From the NCBI RefSeq assembly GCF_010672205.1, contig NZ_JAAHHD010000019.1:31963-95962 (forward strand): a stretch of DNA of 64,000 nucleotides, written 5' to 3'. Of this stretch, positions 9,701 through 19,710 are shown piece after piece (position 1 is the stretch's first letter; each line of letters opens with the position of its first letter). The notes under the pieces were generated by a model, which was not told where the DNA came from, made no database searches, and worked only from the letters and a program-made list of their open reading frames with translations. The stretch is from Moorena sp. SIO3A5 (GTDB lineage Bacteria; Cyanobacteriota; Cyanobacteriia; Cyanobacteriales; Coleofasciculaceae). Position numbers and translations under genes: made by a program.

Positions 9701-10893
9701 TAAAGACTGCAGTGATTTACGTCAGTTTTGTCGAAAACTCAAATACATTACCAGGCACTCGATGTCAAACTCCCTCAATCCCTGTTCCCAAAATCGACCG
9801 ACGGTTTGGTTACCGACTCTCTGAGGTGCCTCAAGCACCAGAGCGTTGCTTACCACAAGCAAACGACCAGCTGGAACTGTTGGTGATCACCGCTGAAGGT
9901 AATCCAATTGTCCGGCGAATCAATGGTGCCAGTCGTGATCAAGTCCTAGCTGTGACCAATAGATTTCAGCGATCGCTTAGCAATCCCCACAGCTTGGATG
10001 CCAAAGCCCACCATTACCCAGCTGAGCAACTTTATCGATGGATCATAGGGCCATTAGAGAAGGAATTAAACGCCCGCAAGATTAAGAGCCTAATATTTGC
10101 TATGGATCAGGGTTTGCGTTCCCTACCTATAGCAGCTATCTACGATGGGCAAAAATATCTGGTTGAGAAGTATGGTGTTAACTTGGTGCCTAGTCTGAGC
10201 TTAACCTATTCTCGTCACACAGATGTTAGACCATTCCGGGTGCTGGCAATGGGAGCATCGAAATTTCCTTATCAACAGCCTTTGCCTGGGGTAGAAGTGG
10301 AGTTAACCACCATCACTGAAACACTGTGGAAAGGTCGCTCTTTTCTCAACGAAGCCTTTACTCTGGAAAATTTAATGGCTCAACGACAACAGAGGCAATA
10401 TGGCATCATTCACCTAGCCACCCATGCAGAGTTCAACTCGGGAACTCCTAACAATTCCTACATTCAGATGTGGAACCGCAAACTAAGGCTGTATGAAATG
10501 AAAAATCTACTTTATGAGCCATCGGTAGAGTTGTTGGTACTCAGCGCTTGCCGAACCGCTTTGGGCAATCGAGAAGCGGAGTTGGGTTTTGCTGGGTCAG
10601 CCTTTCAGGCAGGAGTTGACTCGACTTTGGCAACCCTTTGGTATGTTAGTGATCAAGGTGCTCTGGGGCTGACTACTGAGTTTTACCGTCAGTTGAGAAA
10701 GACATCGAGTAAAAGCGAAGCTTTACGACAGGCACAGTTAGCAATGATTCAAGGCAATGTGCGTATCGAGAATAATCAGTTATATGGCTCGGGCAAGAAC
10801 ATCTCGTTACCGCCAGAATTGTCAGGACCAGGAAAACAAAGCTTTTCTCATCCCTACTATTGGGCTGCTTTCACTCTGGTTGGGGATCCCTAG
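6781..10893 (+). CDS. large secreted protein with an N-terminal filamentous-haemagglutinin/TPS (haemagg_act) domain and a C-terminal CHAT protease domain
   Basis: TPS-domain signature NPNLFLMNPAGIIFGANSQLDVPGSFTATTA. Parallel-beta-helix style repeats (LSANNNLTLSASQLSS). C-terminal CHAT His/Cys dyad context (IIHLATHAEF ... LVLSACRTALG). The ORF starts at 6682, but the probable signal peptide begins at Met34 (6781). Confidence 0.7.
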   Translation: MSQIKLAVSRISQSLAAVSLLVAHIGVMPTQAQPIPANDGTQTQVTSDGNQFDIDGGTPSGDNLFHSFEEFGLDQDQIANFLSQPGIKNILSRVTSRNASVINGLIKITGEGNPNLFLMNPAGIIFGANSQLDVPGSFTATTATSIGFGDENWFNAFGDNDYSTLDGTPSAFAFGTSETPGLIFNEGIEILAGNNLTLIGGTVINTNQLELPEGTITIAAVPGESLVKISQQGLLLNLEVEALTSDPSTAEQSFTPLSLAELLTGDGVSHATEFTDNGDDTVTLTGSGITIAPGDVTAKDITAQRAILSANNNLTVSANNDLTLSASQLSSKNTTLSANNDLTLSASQISSDNITLSANNNLNLSESQLSSTKDLTLLAKETVLIRDTTDNSFQAVAEGNLKIQGDGGIDIQALNNPDTRFQSGGDLTLVSATNGKISTDAHFASGGNFSIENLAGQPRDFVSLQDPIITADGDVTFGDYTGSSLKVESTGNIEAGNIKITAPDTGLADLDPDSASDIGQSDINTLKTSRAVILRAGLSKDELTNPVTDNSGDASSQVTDNSGDASSGSITIGNIDTSVNPVNSTNDGPVIEGNAGPVILSAQGDIIFRSNSDGTNNDFTQIRTTERNGNNSGNVFLETKEGSIRIEGVGLDINTEVSGGDKGGKVTFQVPNLNNIVDIIDSGKLQLRTRARGSGDAGDVEFVSQQEISPEQEQQIRDQIQEDVRAFGEGDIGDLIFSRFPTDTNTEEETNQQNDTNQQEETDLIEETDLIDTGETDLIDTGETDLIDTGETDLIDTGETDLIDTGETDPKLNPEPSLGEGNEIVNETSPDTSKPNDGDGGSQPPVSPSDKTISDTPEPSSSDPGSSDPGSSDPGSSDPGSSDPGSSDPGSSDPGSSDPGSSDPGSSEPGTPTASSQSNSPTEEVSPESDPVYLIEEAFTKEYESHFQRPFKTKINTQNDVRNRTRELERETGLKTAVIYVSFVENSNTLPGTRCQTPSIPVPKIDRRFGYRLSEVPQAPERCLPQANDQLELLVITAEGNPIVRRINGASRDQVLAVTNRFQRSLSNPHSLDAKAHHYPAEQLYRWIIGPLEKELNARKIKSLIFAMDQGLRSLPIAAIYDGQKYLVEKYGVNLVPSLSLTYSRHTDVRPFRVLAMGASKFPYQQPLPGVEVELTTITETLWKGRSFLNEAFTLENLMAQRQQRQYGIIHLATHAEFNSGTPNNSYIQMWNRKLRLYEMKNLLYEPSVELLVLSACRTALGNREAELGFAGSAFQAGVDSTLATLWYVSDQGALGLTTEFYRQLRKTSSKSEALRQAQLAMIQGNVRIENNQLYGSGKNISLPPELSGPGKQSFSHPYYWAAFTLVGDP

Positions 10894-10907
10894 TTAATAG
10901 CAATTCT

Positions 10908-11864
10908 TCACTGTTCATAATTTTGATAAGCAGTAACAATCCTCTGAACGAGGGGATTACGGACAACATCCTTATTAGTTAGTTCGCAGAAAGCAATGCC
11001 TTCTACAGATTTTAATATTTTTAGGGTGATCGCTAATCCTGAGGGTTGGTTGCTAGATAAATCGGTCTGGGTGAGATCACCAGTCACTACCATCCGAGAA
11101 CGTGAACCCAAACGAGTCAGAACCATCTTCATCTGGGCTGGTGTGGTATTCTGAGCTTCATCAATAATCACGAAGGCATTATTGAGGGTGCGACCTCGCA
11201 TATAGGCTAGGGGAGCCACTTCAATAATGCCCCGTTCCATTAAATTGGCAGTCTTCTCTGTATCAATCAGTTCATGGAGAGCATCATAAAGGGGGCGCAA
11301 ATAGGGATTAATTTTTTGCTGCAAGTCTCCCGGTAAAAAGCCAAGTTTTTCACCAGCTTCTACCGCTGGTCGTGTCAGAATCAGCCGTTCATATTGATTA
11401 TTTAGTAACGCCTGAGCGGCGATTACCACAGCTAGGAAGGTTTTGCCAGTGCCTGCTGGTCCCACGCAGAAGGTGAGGTCATGGGTTAGTACAGCTTTGA
11501 TATACTGCCGTTGCCGGAAGGTTTTAGCTCGGATTACCTCACCCCGGCGAGTATGAGCCAGCACATCTTGATGTAAATCTTGTAATTCATCCTGTCGCTT
11601 GGTATCTAAGGCATGAATTGCGGTTTGGATGTCTACTCCTGTAATCCTCTTACCTTCGAGCCAATAGATTTTAAGCGATCGCACTAGGGATGATACCCGC
11701 TCGACCTGTTTCTCGGTGCCAGAAATCAATAACTCTTGCCCTCGCAGCACCAGATGCGCACCGGTTTGCCGTGATAGGGTTTTCAGGTTTTCTTCCTGGT
11801 CTCCAACCAAGGCGATTGCACTTTCTGGGCTGGGTAGCTCAATTGTTTTGGATACTTCACTCAA
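10908..11864 (-). CDS. phoH: PhoH-like ATPase
   Basis: 318 aa with the Walker A motif GPAGTGKT and PhoH-family conservation throughout. Confidence 0.85.
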   Translation of the reverse strand: MSEVSKTIELPSPESAIALVGDQEENLKTLSRQTGAHLVLRGQELLISGTEKQVERVSSLVRSLKIYWLEGKRITGVDIQTAIHALDTKRQDELQDLHQDVLAHTRRGEVIRAKTFRQRQYIKAVLTHDLTFCVGPAGTGKTFLAVVIAAQALLNNQYERLILTRPAVEAGEKLGFLPGDLQQKINPYLRPLYDALHELIDTEKTANLMERGIIEVAPLAYMRGRTLNNAFVIIDEAQNTTPAQMKMVLTRLGSRSRMVVTGDLTQTDLSSNQPSGLAITLKILKSVEGIAFCELTNKDVVRNPLVQRIVTAYQNYEQ

Positions 11865-12063
11865 GGTTTATCAACTACAGGCTTCAGTCTCAACTATCGA
11901 AGTTAACTGGTAACTTAAGTAACTTAATATACAACTCAATCTACCTCTCATTACCAATCTTCAAGGTTTCCTGCCATTGGTAATGAGAGGTACAGCAGCC
12001 GGATGTTCTTCACCCCCTTTTCTCCATGGTCCTCTCATTACCGAAACCTTCAAAACTAGAGCA

Positions 12064-12480
12064 CTAGGAGGGAAATCTTGGAATTACTCTAGGTCTGGAC
12101 ACTCGGCGAGGTAAACTTCTTCTGACAATGGATCTACGACTAGGGCCATTGTCTCGACGAGGGCTACTACCTGAGCCTGAGCCTTCATAGATATCCAAAT
12201 AAACAGTTTGACCAGCAGCTTGGGCTGCTGCTTTAATTACTGTCCGAATCGCTTGAATATTGCGACCACCACGACCGAAAACTCGCCCTTTATCTTCTCC
12301 ATTAAAAGCTAGTCGAATCCACACACGCTCTTTCCCATTTGATTTCTCACAGTCTACGCTGAGGGAGTCTGGTGATTCCAAGAACGGCTCGATTAAAAAT
12401 CTCACTAGTGCTGAATAATCTGGGTCATCATCTCGAACAGAAGCAGATAGGATTTCAGGTACTGATTTGTTCAAAAACAT
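12064..12480 (-). CDS. KH-domain RNA-binding protein (conserved partner of rpsP)
   Basis: The ORF 12064-12528 overlaps rpsP, so the true start is probably the internal Met (MFLNK). It has KH-like [11 protein letters not shown] and a basic C-terminus, and lies in ffh-rpsP-KH synteny. Confidence 0.6.
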   Translation of the reverse strand: MFLNKSVPEILSASVRDDDPDYSALVRFLIEPFLESPDSLSVDCEKSNGKERVWIRLAFNGEDKGRVFGRGGRNIQAIRTVIKAAAQAAGQTVYLDIYEGSGSGSSPRRDNGPSRRSIVRRSLPRRVSRPRVIPRFPS

Positions 12481-12703
12481 TGGCTTTTTGCAAAATATTA
12501 CGCACGGTTTGTGTTGGCTGAGCTCCATTTTTGAGCCACTTCACTATTGCTGGTACATTCAGCCTCGTTTCATCATTTCTTGGATTATAGAATCCCAGTT
12601 CTTCTAGAGGACGTCCATCACGGCGGGCACTGCTGGGTATGGCCACTATGCGATAGCTGACTTCACGCTTTTTACCGAATCGTTTTAATCTGATTTTGAT
12701 CAT
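12455..12703 (-). CDS. rpsP: 30S ribosomal protein S16
   Basis: [41 protein letters not shown] is a canonical bS16 sequence. Confidence 0.9.
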   Translation of the reverse strand: MIKIRLKRFGKKREVSYRIVAIPSSARRDGRPLEELGFYNPRNDETRLNVPAIVKWLKNGAQPTQTVRNILQKANVFEQIST

Positions 12704-12829
12704 TGTACCTAATTAATTCACCTGTTTGATTTTAAGCGATCTTTGGGGGTTTGAAAGTGAACAGGTTGAATGTTGAAGATTTTAACTGAATCAGCAGGCA
12801 AGCCGCTACCGGTTTACAATCTTCTAAGC

Positions 12830-13150
12830 TACCCTACTCCGCACGCCTCAGGGAACGGGCTAACCTTCAGGCTAACCTTCTACTGGCTAACCTTCTACTG
12901 GCTAACCTTCTACTGGCTAAACTTTAGGCTAACCTTCTACCAGATAACCTACCCTACACCGAACGCCAAAGGCGAACAATAGGCTAACCTTCTACTGGCT
13001 AACCTTCTACTGGCTAAACTACCCTACACCGAACGCCAAAGGCGAACAACAGGCTAACCTTCAGGGTAACCTTCAACTTTCTAACCTTCAACCTTCTAAC
13101 CTTGACCTTTCGGTCACGCTACGCGAACAACCTTCTAACCTTTTACTAGC
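12830..13150. repeat. intergenic tandem/direct repeats: a 15-mer ggctaaccttctact array and a duplicated ~45-bp unit accctacaccgaacgccaaaggcgaacaa
   Basis: Read directly. The spurious ORF 12770-12982 lies inside these repeats. Confidence 0.85.
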
Positions 13151-13160
13151 TGACCTTCTA

Positions 13161-14600
13161 CTATAATTCCCCAAATCCCTTCTTCTTCTTGGCTTTTTTC
13201 TTTTTCTTGCCAGAGCCACTACCACGCCAACCAGGTTGATTACGAGGATTTCCACCACCCATACCACCTAACATACCACCTAACCCCCCCATGGCTGGCA
13301 TCTGACCTTGACCCATTTGCTGCATAAGCGATCGCATTCTGGTAAATTCACTCACCAGACCCCTGACGTCTTTTTCCGTATGACCAGAACCTTGGGCAAT
13401 GCGGCGGCGGCGGCTCGGAGAGCTAGCTAATAAATCTGGGTTACGACGCTCCTCGGAGGTCATGGAACTAATCATAGCTTCGGACTGCTTGAGCTTGGTT
13501 TCCCCTTGTTGAAGTTGAGAAGAACTGAGTTTGCCCATGCCTGGAACCAGTTTCATCAACCCACCAAGGGAGCCCATGTTCTTTAACAGGCGCATCTGCT
13601 TCAAGAAATCGCTGAAGTCAAATTTTGCTTCCAGCATTTTCTGTTGCATCTGTTCAGCATCAGCGATGTCAATCTCTTCCTGGGCTTTCTCAACCAAGGT
13701 GAGTACATCCCCCATACCCAGAATCCGGGATGCCATCCGGTCAGGATAAAATGGTTGTAGTGCCTCGACCTTTTCCCCAACCCCGACAAATTTAATCGGC
13801 TGACCTGAAATTTGCCTGACTGAAAGGGCAGCACCACCACGACTATCCCCATCAAGTTTGGAGAGAATTGCCCCAGTAATGCCAATTTGCTCATGGAAGG
13901 TGCGGGTCAGGGTTGCTGCTTCCTGACCAGTCATGGCATCCACCACTAGTAGAGTATCGTGGGGTTGGACGGTTTCTTTGATGCGGGAGAGTTCTCCCAT
14001 CATCTCTTGGTCAATTTGCAGTCGTCCCGCTGTATCGATAATTACCGTATCGATAGCCATTGCTTTTGCCCGTTCTACCCCTTGACGAGCAATTTCTACT
14101 GGGTCAGCTTCTGTACCTAACTCAAACACCGGTACATCAATTTGTTGACCGAGGGTGACTAATTGATCAATGGCTGCGGGTCGATACACGTCTGTAGCCA
14201 CTAACAGACAGCTACGTTCTTGCTTACGCAGATGTAAAGCGAGTTTGGCACTAGCCGTAGTTTTACCAGTACCTTGTAGACCAGCCATTAGCACAACGGT
14301 TGGTGGGGTGTCTGCTTGGGCTAGGGGAACATTGGTTTCCCCCATCACTTGCACCAGTTCGTCGTAGACTATTTTTATGAACTGCTGGTCAGGGCGAACA
14401 CCTGATGTGACTTCACTGCCTTGTGCTTTCGCTTCTACTTCAGCAACGAAATCTTTGACTACTTGTAGGTTGACGTCTGCCGATAAGAGGGCGCGACGCA
14501 CTTCTTTTAGGGCGTCTTGGATGTTAGAACTAGAGATCTTGTCCTGACCCCGTAGTTTTTTCCAAGCATCTTCTAAGCGTTCGGCGAGAGCATCAAACAT
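13161..14600 (-). CDS. ffh: signal recognition particle protein Ffh (SRP54) with a lysine-rich C-terminal tail
   Basis: GTPase motifs GLQGTGKTT and DTAGR; M-domain with Met/Gly-rich region; polyK tail GSGKKKKKAKKKKGFGEL. Confidence 0.9.
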   Translation of the reverse strand: MFDALAERLEDAWKKLRGQDKISSSNIQDALKEVRRALLSADVNLQVVKDFVAEVEAKAQGSEVTSGVRPDQQFIKIVYDELVQVMGETNVPLAQADTPPTVVLMAGLQGTGKTTASAKLALHLRKQERSCLLVATDVYRPAAIDQLVTLGQQIDVPVFELGTEADPVEIARQGVERAKAMAIDTVIIDTAGRLQIDQEMMGELSRIKETVQPHDTLLVVDAMTGQEAATLTRTFHEQIGITGAILSKLDGDSRGGAALSVRQISGQPIKFVGVGEKVEALQPFYPDRMASRILGMGDVLTLVEKAQEEIDIADAEQMQQKMLEAKFDFSDFLKQMRLLKNMGSLGGLMKLVPGMGKLSSSQLQQGETKLKQSEAMISSMTSEERRNPDLLASSPSRRRRIAQGSGHTEKDVRGLVSEFTRMRSLMQQMGQGQMPAMGGLGGMLGGMGGGNPRNQPGWRGSGSGKKKKKAKKKKGFGEL

Positions 14601-14972
14601 ACGTCAATTGTCAATTGTGATGGTTTTGTTATTATGGTTACTTTACTAGGTCGCCAGAGTTTTGATAGTCTATACATCTTAGCTACACACCTTACTAGGA
14701 TAGCGCTTTTGGGGATTTTAGTTCAATATTTCGGTAAGGTGAGTATTCAGCCCTAGGCTATTCGTAACATTTATTTAAGCGGTTAACTAATGGGGGGTTC
14801 GGGAGGCTATAAGTCCCGCGCTGTACCTGAAAGGTTAGCGTCGGGATACATGGACACCCCGGGTCGATTGAGGGGTTTCTCCTTTGGAGACGCGGGGCGC
14901 GTTCGATGCCCCGAAAATCGACATACTATCTATCGGTTCTAACAGAAGATGTAAATCTGTTAGAATACACGG

Positions 14973-15701
14973 ATGTTGAACTTGACCTACAGCTACCGAA
15001 TCTATCCAGGACTTGACCAGGAAGCTAAAATGCTTGGCTGGTTGGAGCAATGCCGTCGCGTATATAACTATGCTTTGGCAGAGCGTAAGGACTGGATCAA
15101 TTCGCGTAAATGCTTGGTCAATGCTTGCAGCATCAGACTCGAATACATCATCCCTGCTGACACGCCATACCCTGACTACTACAAACAGCAGAACGCTCTT
15201 ACCAAAGCCAAAAAGTTGATTCGACAACTGAAGGCAGTTCACTCCCAAGTTTGGCAAGATGCCTTGAAGCGACTGGATAAGTCGTTCAAGTTCATGCAAC
15301 ACAGAGGGTTTGGATTTCCTCGATTCAAAAAGTCGGGCCAGTATCGTTCGTTTGTGTTTCCGCAGTTCAAGTCGAATCCTGTCAACGGATTTGAGATCAA
15401 ACTGCCGAAAATTGGAACCGTGCCGATCCACTTGCATCGACCTATTCCTGAAGGATTTGAGATCAAGCAAGTTCGGGTCGTGTTGAAATCGTCGGGCTGG
15501 TACGCTCAGCTGATTCTGCAAGCCGATGTTTCTGTTCCTGAACCAATGCCTGATGGTGATCCGATCGGAATTGATTTGGGACTCGAAAAGTTCTTGGCTG
15601 TATCGACAGGTGAACTGGTAGAACGCCCTCGCTTTTTCGTGGATTTGCAAAGCAAGCAACGATTGCTGCAACGCAAATTGAGAAACAAGAAAAAGGGTTA
15701 G
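14973..15701 (+). pseudogene. tnpB: truncated IS200/IS605-family tnpB (N-terminal ~60% only)
   Basis: YRIYPGLDQEAKMLGWLEQCRRVYNYALAERK N-terminal TnpB signature and the RuvC-I motif GIDLGLEKFLAVSTGE. The ORF stops after 242 aa, before RuvC-II, the zinc finger and RuvC-III. No tnpA is nearby. Confidence 0.7.
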
Positions 15702-15990
15702 TAAACAGCTAGATAAAATGTCGCAGAGTCTACCAAAAACTCTTATTATTTGTTACACTTAAATTAGGGTAACACCGACAGTGATTATTATGTAACTTAA
15801 ATTAAAGCCGAAAACCAAGGCTTTAATAGTTGCGGTTAAATCCCGGTGTTAAACTTTTTTGACATTTTTATGGCGCTCGCGGGATATTCCCGAGAGCTTT
15901 GGGAGATACCCCCTGGATGCTATGGCATCTTGCATTGGCGAGCCTTGGTCTATCTTGGTAGACTTTGGTAGCTAAAAAGTATCGGAGCGC

Positions 15991-16932
15991 GTGAATCAAC
16001 TTTATGTGCAACAGATGATGGCTGGTTTTTCTTTATGCCAGCTACCACCACCATTAAAACCGCCAGATGTATTGCGAGTAATTGTGCCAAGTGGAACCTT
16101 GCGTGAGGTTGATGCTTTCAATCGGGGGATTGAGATTTGGCGATCCCGTGGCTACCATGTCCAATTACCACAGAACTGGAACGCTAGGGAAGGTTACCTA
16201 GCTGGGACTGATAGTCAGCGACGCCAACAGTTGCTCGAAGCCTGTCTTGACCCCCAATGTCGGGGCATTCTCTGTGGTCGAGGAGGTTATGGTAGCGCTA
16301 GACTTCTGGAAGACTGGACATGGCCAGAACAATGGCCAGAACAGTTGAAGTGGTTGATTGGTTTTTCTGATATTACTGCTTTACTGTGGAGTCTTGGTCA
16401 GATAGGGGTTTCCGGTGTTCATGGTCCGTTATTGACTACTATTGCTGGTGAACCGGAATGGTCACTCAATCGGTTGTTTGATTGGGTGGAAGGACGACCC
16501 ATAGCTCCCTTGAAAGGGGTTGGTTGGGGAGGTGGTAAAGTTTCTGGTGTGTTGCTACCGGCTAATCTTACGGTTGCTACTCATCTGCTCGGTACACCCC
16601 TACAACCTTCCTTATCAGGGGTGATTCTTGCTCTCGAAGATGTAACTGAGGCTCCCTACCGCATTGACCGGATGTTGACTCAGTGGCGCATGATTGGTGC
16701 AATGGCCGGGGTGAAAGGTATTGCGTTAGGGCGGTTTAGCCGTTGTGCTCCTCCCAAGGATGTTCCTAGCTGGACTGTGGAGGAAGTGTTGCGCGATCGC
16801 ATTTGGGATCTCGGTATACCGGTTGTCTCTGACTTGCCTTTCGGTCACGATGGGGTTAACGCTGCCCTTCCTGTCGGACAGCTGGTTGAACTAGATGCTG
16901 AGGTCGGGACCTTGAGTTGGGTTGGAGGTTAG
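15991..16932 (+). CDS. LD-carboxypeptidase (peptidase S66, MccF/LdcA-like)
   Basis: S66 nucleophile motif LIGFSDITALL and the conserved C-terminal His region. Confidence 0.75.
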   Translation: MNQLYVQQMMAGFSLCQLPPPLKPPDVLRVIVPSGTLREVDAFNRGIEIWRSRGYHVQLPQNWNAREGYLAGTDSQRRQQLLEACLDPQCRGILCGRGGYGSARLLEDWTWPEQWPEQLKWLIGFSDITALLWSLGQIGVSGVHGPLLTTIAGEPEWSLNRLFDWVEGRPIAPLKGVGWGGGKVSGVLLPANLTVATHLLGTPLQPSLSGVILALEDVTEAPYRIDRMLTQWRMIGAMAGVKGIALGRFSRCAPPKDVPSWTVEEVLRDRIWDLGIPVVSDLPFGHDGVNAALPVGQLVELDAEVGTLSWVGG

Positions 16933-16977
16933 CAGGTTAGCAGGTTAGCAGGTTGAAAGTTGGCAGGTTAGCAGTTC

Positions 16978-17098
16978 ATGTAGGGTGGGCAGTGCACCAG
17001 ACAGATAATGAAGCTTGCAAAGCGCGTTGGTAGGCACTGCCCACCCTACTGCCCACCGTACGATTAATGACAATGGTGCAAGATCTCAGTTTAACGAA
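16978..17098. repeat. MITE-like hairpin element: a 16-bp-stem palindrome (gtagggtgggcagtgc ... gcactgcccaccctac) plus the conserved tail acgattaatgacaatggtgcaagatctcagtttaa
   Basis: The same element occurs 3x in tandem at 56760-57125, and a related hairpin lies at 4826-4890. Confidence 0.8.
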
Positions 17099-17225
17099 GG
17101 CACCGTCTTAGAATGTAACTTATTATTAACACTTTTTTAATCTTCTCAAATCAGGAGAGTAAAGGGAATACCACCATGATAAGCTGACAAATACACTTAA
17201 AAAAGTATAATAGGATAGATACCAT

Positions 17226-18287
17226 ATGGCTGGGTCAACCCAGGTTCCTTATTTGTTGAGGGCGGCTCGTGGTGAGGTGTTAGACCGTCCCCCTGTGTGG
17301 ATGATGCGACAGGCAGGTCGTTATATGAAGGTTTATCGCGATTTGCGGGATAAGTATCCGAGTTTTCGCGAGCGCTCCGAAAATCCAGACATCGCGATTG
17401 AGATTTCTCTACAACCCTGGAAAGCGTTTCAACCAGATGGAGTGATTTTGTTCTCTGATATTCTAACTCCATTACCAGGGATTGGTATCGAGTTTGAGAT
17501 TGTCGAAAGTAAAGGGCCAATCATTAACCAACCGATTCGTACCCAGGAACAAATTGACCAGCTACATCTGTTGGATTTAGATAGATTTGGGTTTATCCGG
17601 GAAATTTTGAAGGCGCTACGGCAAGAAGTGGGCAATGAGGCAGCAGTGCTGGGTTTTGTCGGTGCTCCCTGGACTTTGGGCGCTTATGCGATTGAGGGTA
17701 AAAGTTCTAAAAATTACTCCATCATTAAAGGGATGGCCTTCTCACAACCAGCTATGCTACACCAATTCTTGGGTAAGCTAGCGGATGCGATCGCTATCTA
17801 TGTCCGTTATCAAATCAATAGCGGTGCTCAGGTAATACAAATGTTTGACTCTTGGGCAGGTGAACTGAGTCCCCAAGACTACGAAACCTTTGCCTTACCC
17901 TATCAGCAGCGAGTAGTACAGCAGGTTAAAGCCACTCACCCAGATACCCCCTTCATTCTCTATATCAGTGGTAGCGCTGGAGTGCTTGAACGCATGGGAC
18001 AGTCGGGGGTTGATATGGTCAGCGTAGACTGGACCGTAGACATGGCAGAAGCTAGAACAAGATTGGGTGATAAGATGAAAGTCCAGGGCAATATCGACCC
18101 AGGAGTTCTGTTTGGGTCACAAGCTTTTATTCGCGATCGCATTGTCGATACTATTCGCAAAGCTGGCAACAAAGGTCATATCTTAAATCTCGGTCATGGT
18201 GTTTTACCCGGCACTCCAGAAGATAATGTTAGATTCTTCTTTGAAACTGCCAAAAAGGCAAATGAATTAATGGCTGTTCATGCATAA
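17226..18287 (+). CDS. hemE: uroporphyrinogen decarboxylase
   Basis: N-terminal [25 protein letters not shown] and overall HemE conservation. Confidence 0.9.
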   Translation: MAGSTQVPYLLRAARGEVLDRPPVWMMRQAGRYMKVYRDLRDKYPSFRERSENPDIAIEISLQPWKAFQPDGVILFSDILTPLPGIGIEFEIVESKGPIINQPIRTQEQIDQLHLLDLDRFGFIREILKALRQEVGNEAAVLGFVGAPWTLGAYAIEGKSSKNYSIIKGMAFSQPAMLHQFLGKLADAIAIYVRYQINSGAQVIQMFDSWAGELSPQDYETFALPYQQRVVQQVKATHPDTPFILYISGSAGVLERMGQSGVDMVSVDWTVDMAEARTRLGDKMKVQGNIDPGVLFGSQAFIRDRIVDTIRKAGNKGHILNLGHGVLPGTPEDNVRFFFETAKKANELMAVHA

Positions 18288-18714
18288 TAGTCGATAACAC
18301 AAGAGAGAGTAGAGAATCGATAACCAGATTCTGTGCCATTTTCTCCCTCTAGCAGTCATAGGTTCGGGGAGCGCTAGTCCTCCCTAGGGTATCCTTCGGT
18401 CAGAGTTGGACCGGGCTTTCAAGGTGCAGACGTTTACTTGTCCAGGTAGCCCCTCCACTAAATGGAATCCTCGCTTCAGTCTCATCCCCTTCAAGGGGAT
18501 GAGATTAACAACCTTATAGAAATATCTTGAGAGTGCAGATACTTGATTAGACGACTAAGGATAGAATCCTTCAAGATGCATCACCACAACAATCAAGGAA
18601 GTGTTCTTCACTCGATCAAAACCTTCTTGTACCCCTAGAAGTAGTTGACCTAGTTGTTTGTTAGTGTTAGGTCAGGATCGGGAGTACATAATTGAATTGA
18701 AAATCCAAAATCCC

Positions 18715-19710
18715 ATGACCTCCAAGCGGATTTTTATAACTGGTGCTAGTGGCTGCATTGGTCACTACATCACTGAAGCCTTAAGTCTCGAAACTGACCA
18801 TGAGTTGTATTTGTTAGTCAGAAACCCTGACAAATTCAAGTTTGACGACTTGAAGTGTGGCGACAAGAGGCGTGCTGGCATTACCATCCTAGAAGGTGAC
18901 CTGCAGCAGATTGAAGACTTTGGTGACTTGCTCAAGACAATGGATGCGGCAATTCTGGCAGCAACCGCTTGGGGAGGGCAACAGGAAACATTTGATATTA
19001 ACGTTGTCAAAACTATCGAGTTAATGAACTTGCTTGACCCTACTGTTTGTGAGCAAGTGATTTATTTCTCTACTGCTAGCGTACTGGATAGGAATAACCA
19101 ATTACTGACAGAGGCCGGTGAACTTGGAACAGAATATATCTATTCCAAATACACTTGTCTCAAGCGCTTATCCCAATTAGCGTCCGCTCCTAAGATTACT
19201 ACCCTCTTTCCTACCTTGGTACTGGGGGGAGACGAAACTAAACCCTACTCCCATCTGTCATCGGGACTCCCAGATATTGTCAAATGGATTAACTTGATTC
19301 GTTGGTTTAGAGCTGATGGCAGTTTCCACTTCATCCACGCCCAAGATATTGCTCAGGTGGTGCGATACCTGATTGATCATCCTCCTTCTCAAGCATTGAG
19401 TGCAGAACCAGAGTGGATGTCTAGCGGTAGATTGGTTTTGGGTTGTCAGCCGTTGAGTGTTAACCAAGCCGTAGAAGAAGTTTGTAGGTATCTTGGTAAA
19501 CAAATTTATTTTCGCCTACCATTGTTTATCTGGCTTGCCAATATCTTTATTGTGCTGTTCCGGATTCAGATGGATCCTTGGAGTCGGTTTTCCTTGAATT
19601 ACCGACATTTTATTTATCACAACCCCGTTAATCCAACCACCTTTGGTTTACCGACTTACTGTCCTACACTTACTGACGTTCTCAAAGTTAGTGGCATTAG
19701 CAGAGATTAG
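18715..19710 (+). CDS. NAD-dependent epimerase/dehydratase-family (SDR) protein
   Basis: Rossmann motif FITGASGCIGHYI. The ORF starts at 18658, but the likely start is Met20 (MTSKRIF). Confidence 0.65.
   Translation: MTSKRIFITGASGCIGHYITEALSLETDHELYLLVRNPDKFKFDDLKCGDKRRAGITILEGDLQQIEDFGDLLKTMDAAILAATAWGGQQETFDINVVKTIELMNLLDPTVCEQVIYFSTASVLDRNNQLLTEAGELGTEYIYSKYTCLKRLSQLASAPKITTLFPTLVLGGDETKPYSHLSSGLPDIVKWINLIRWFRADGSFHFIHAQDIAQVVRYLIDHPPSQALSAEPEWMSSGRLVLGCQPLSVNQAVEEVCRYLGKQIYFRLPLFIWLANIFIVLFRIQMDPWSRFSLNYRHFIYHNPVNPTTFGLPTYCPTLTDVLKVSGISRD

Noticed and set aside
12770-12982. 70-aa ORF with repeated LTFYW motif
   Set aside because: It is a frame reading of the 15-bp tandem repeat ggctaaccttctact. 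It is intergenic between rpsP and ffh.
14835-15671. 278-aa ORF antisense to the tnpB remnant
   Set aside because: It lies entirely opposite a recognisable TnpB-coding frame and has no motifs. It is an antisense artefact.
18300-18560. Possible small RNA downstream of hemE (hairpin ctcatccccttcaaggggatgag and GC-rich segments)
   Set aside because: There is no match to any RNA family I can recognise. It could simply be a terminator or spacer. It was noted but not called.
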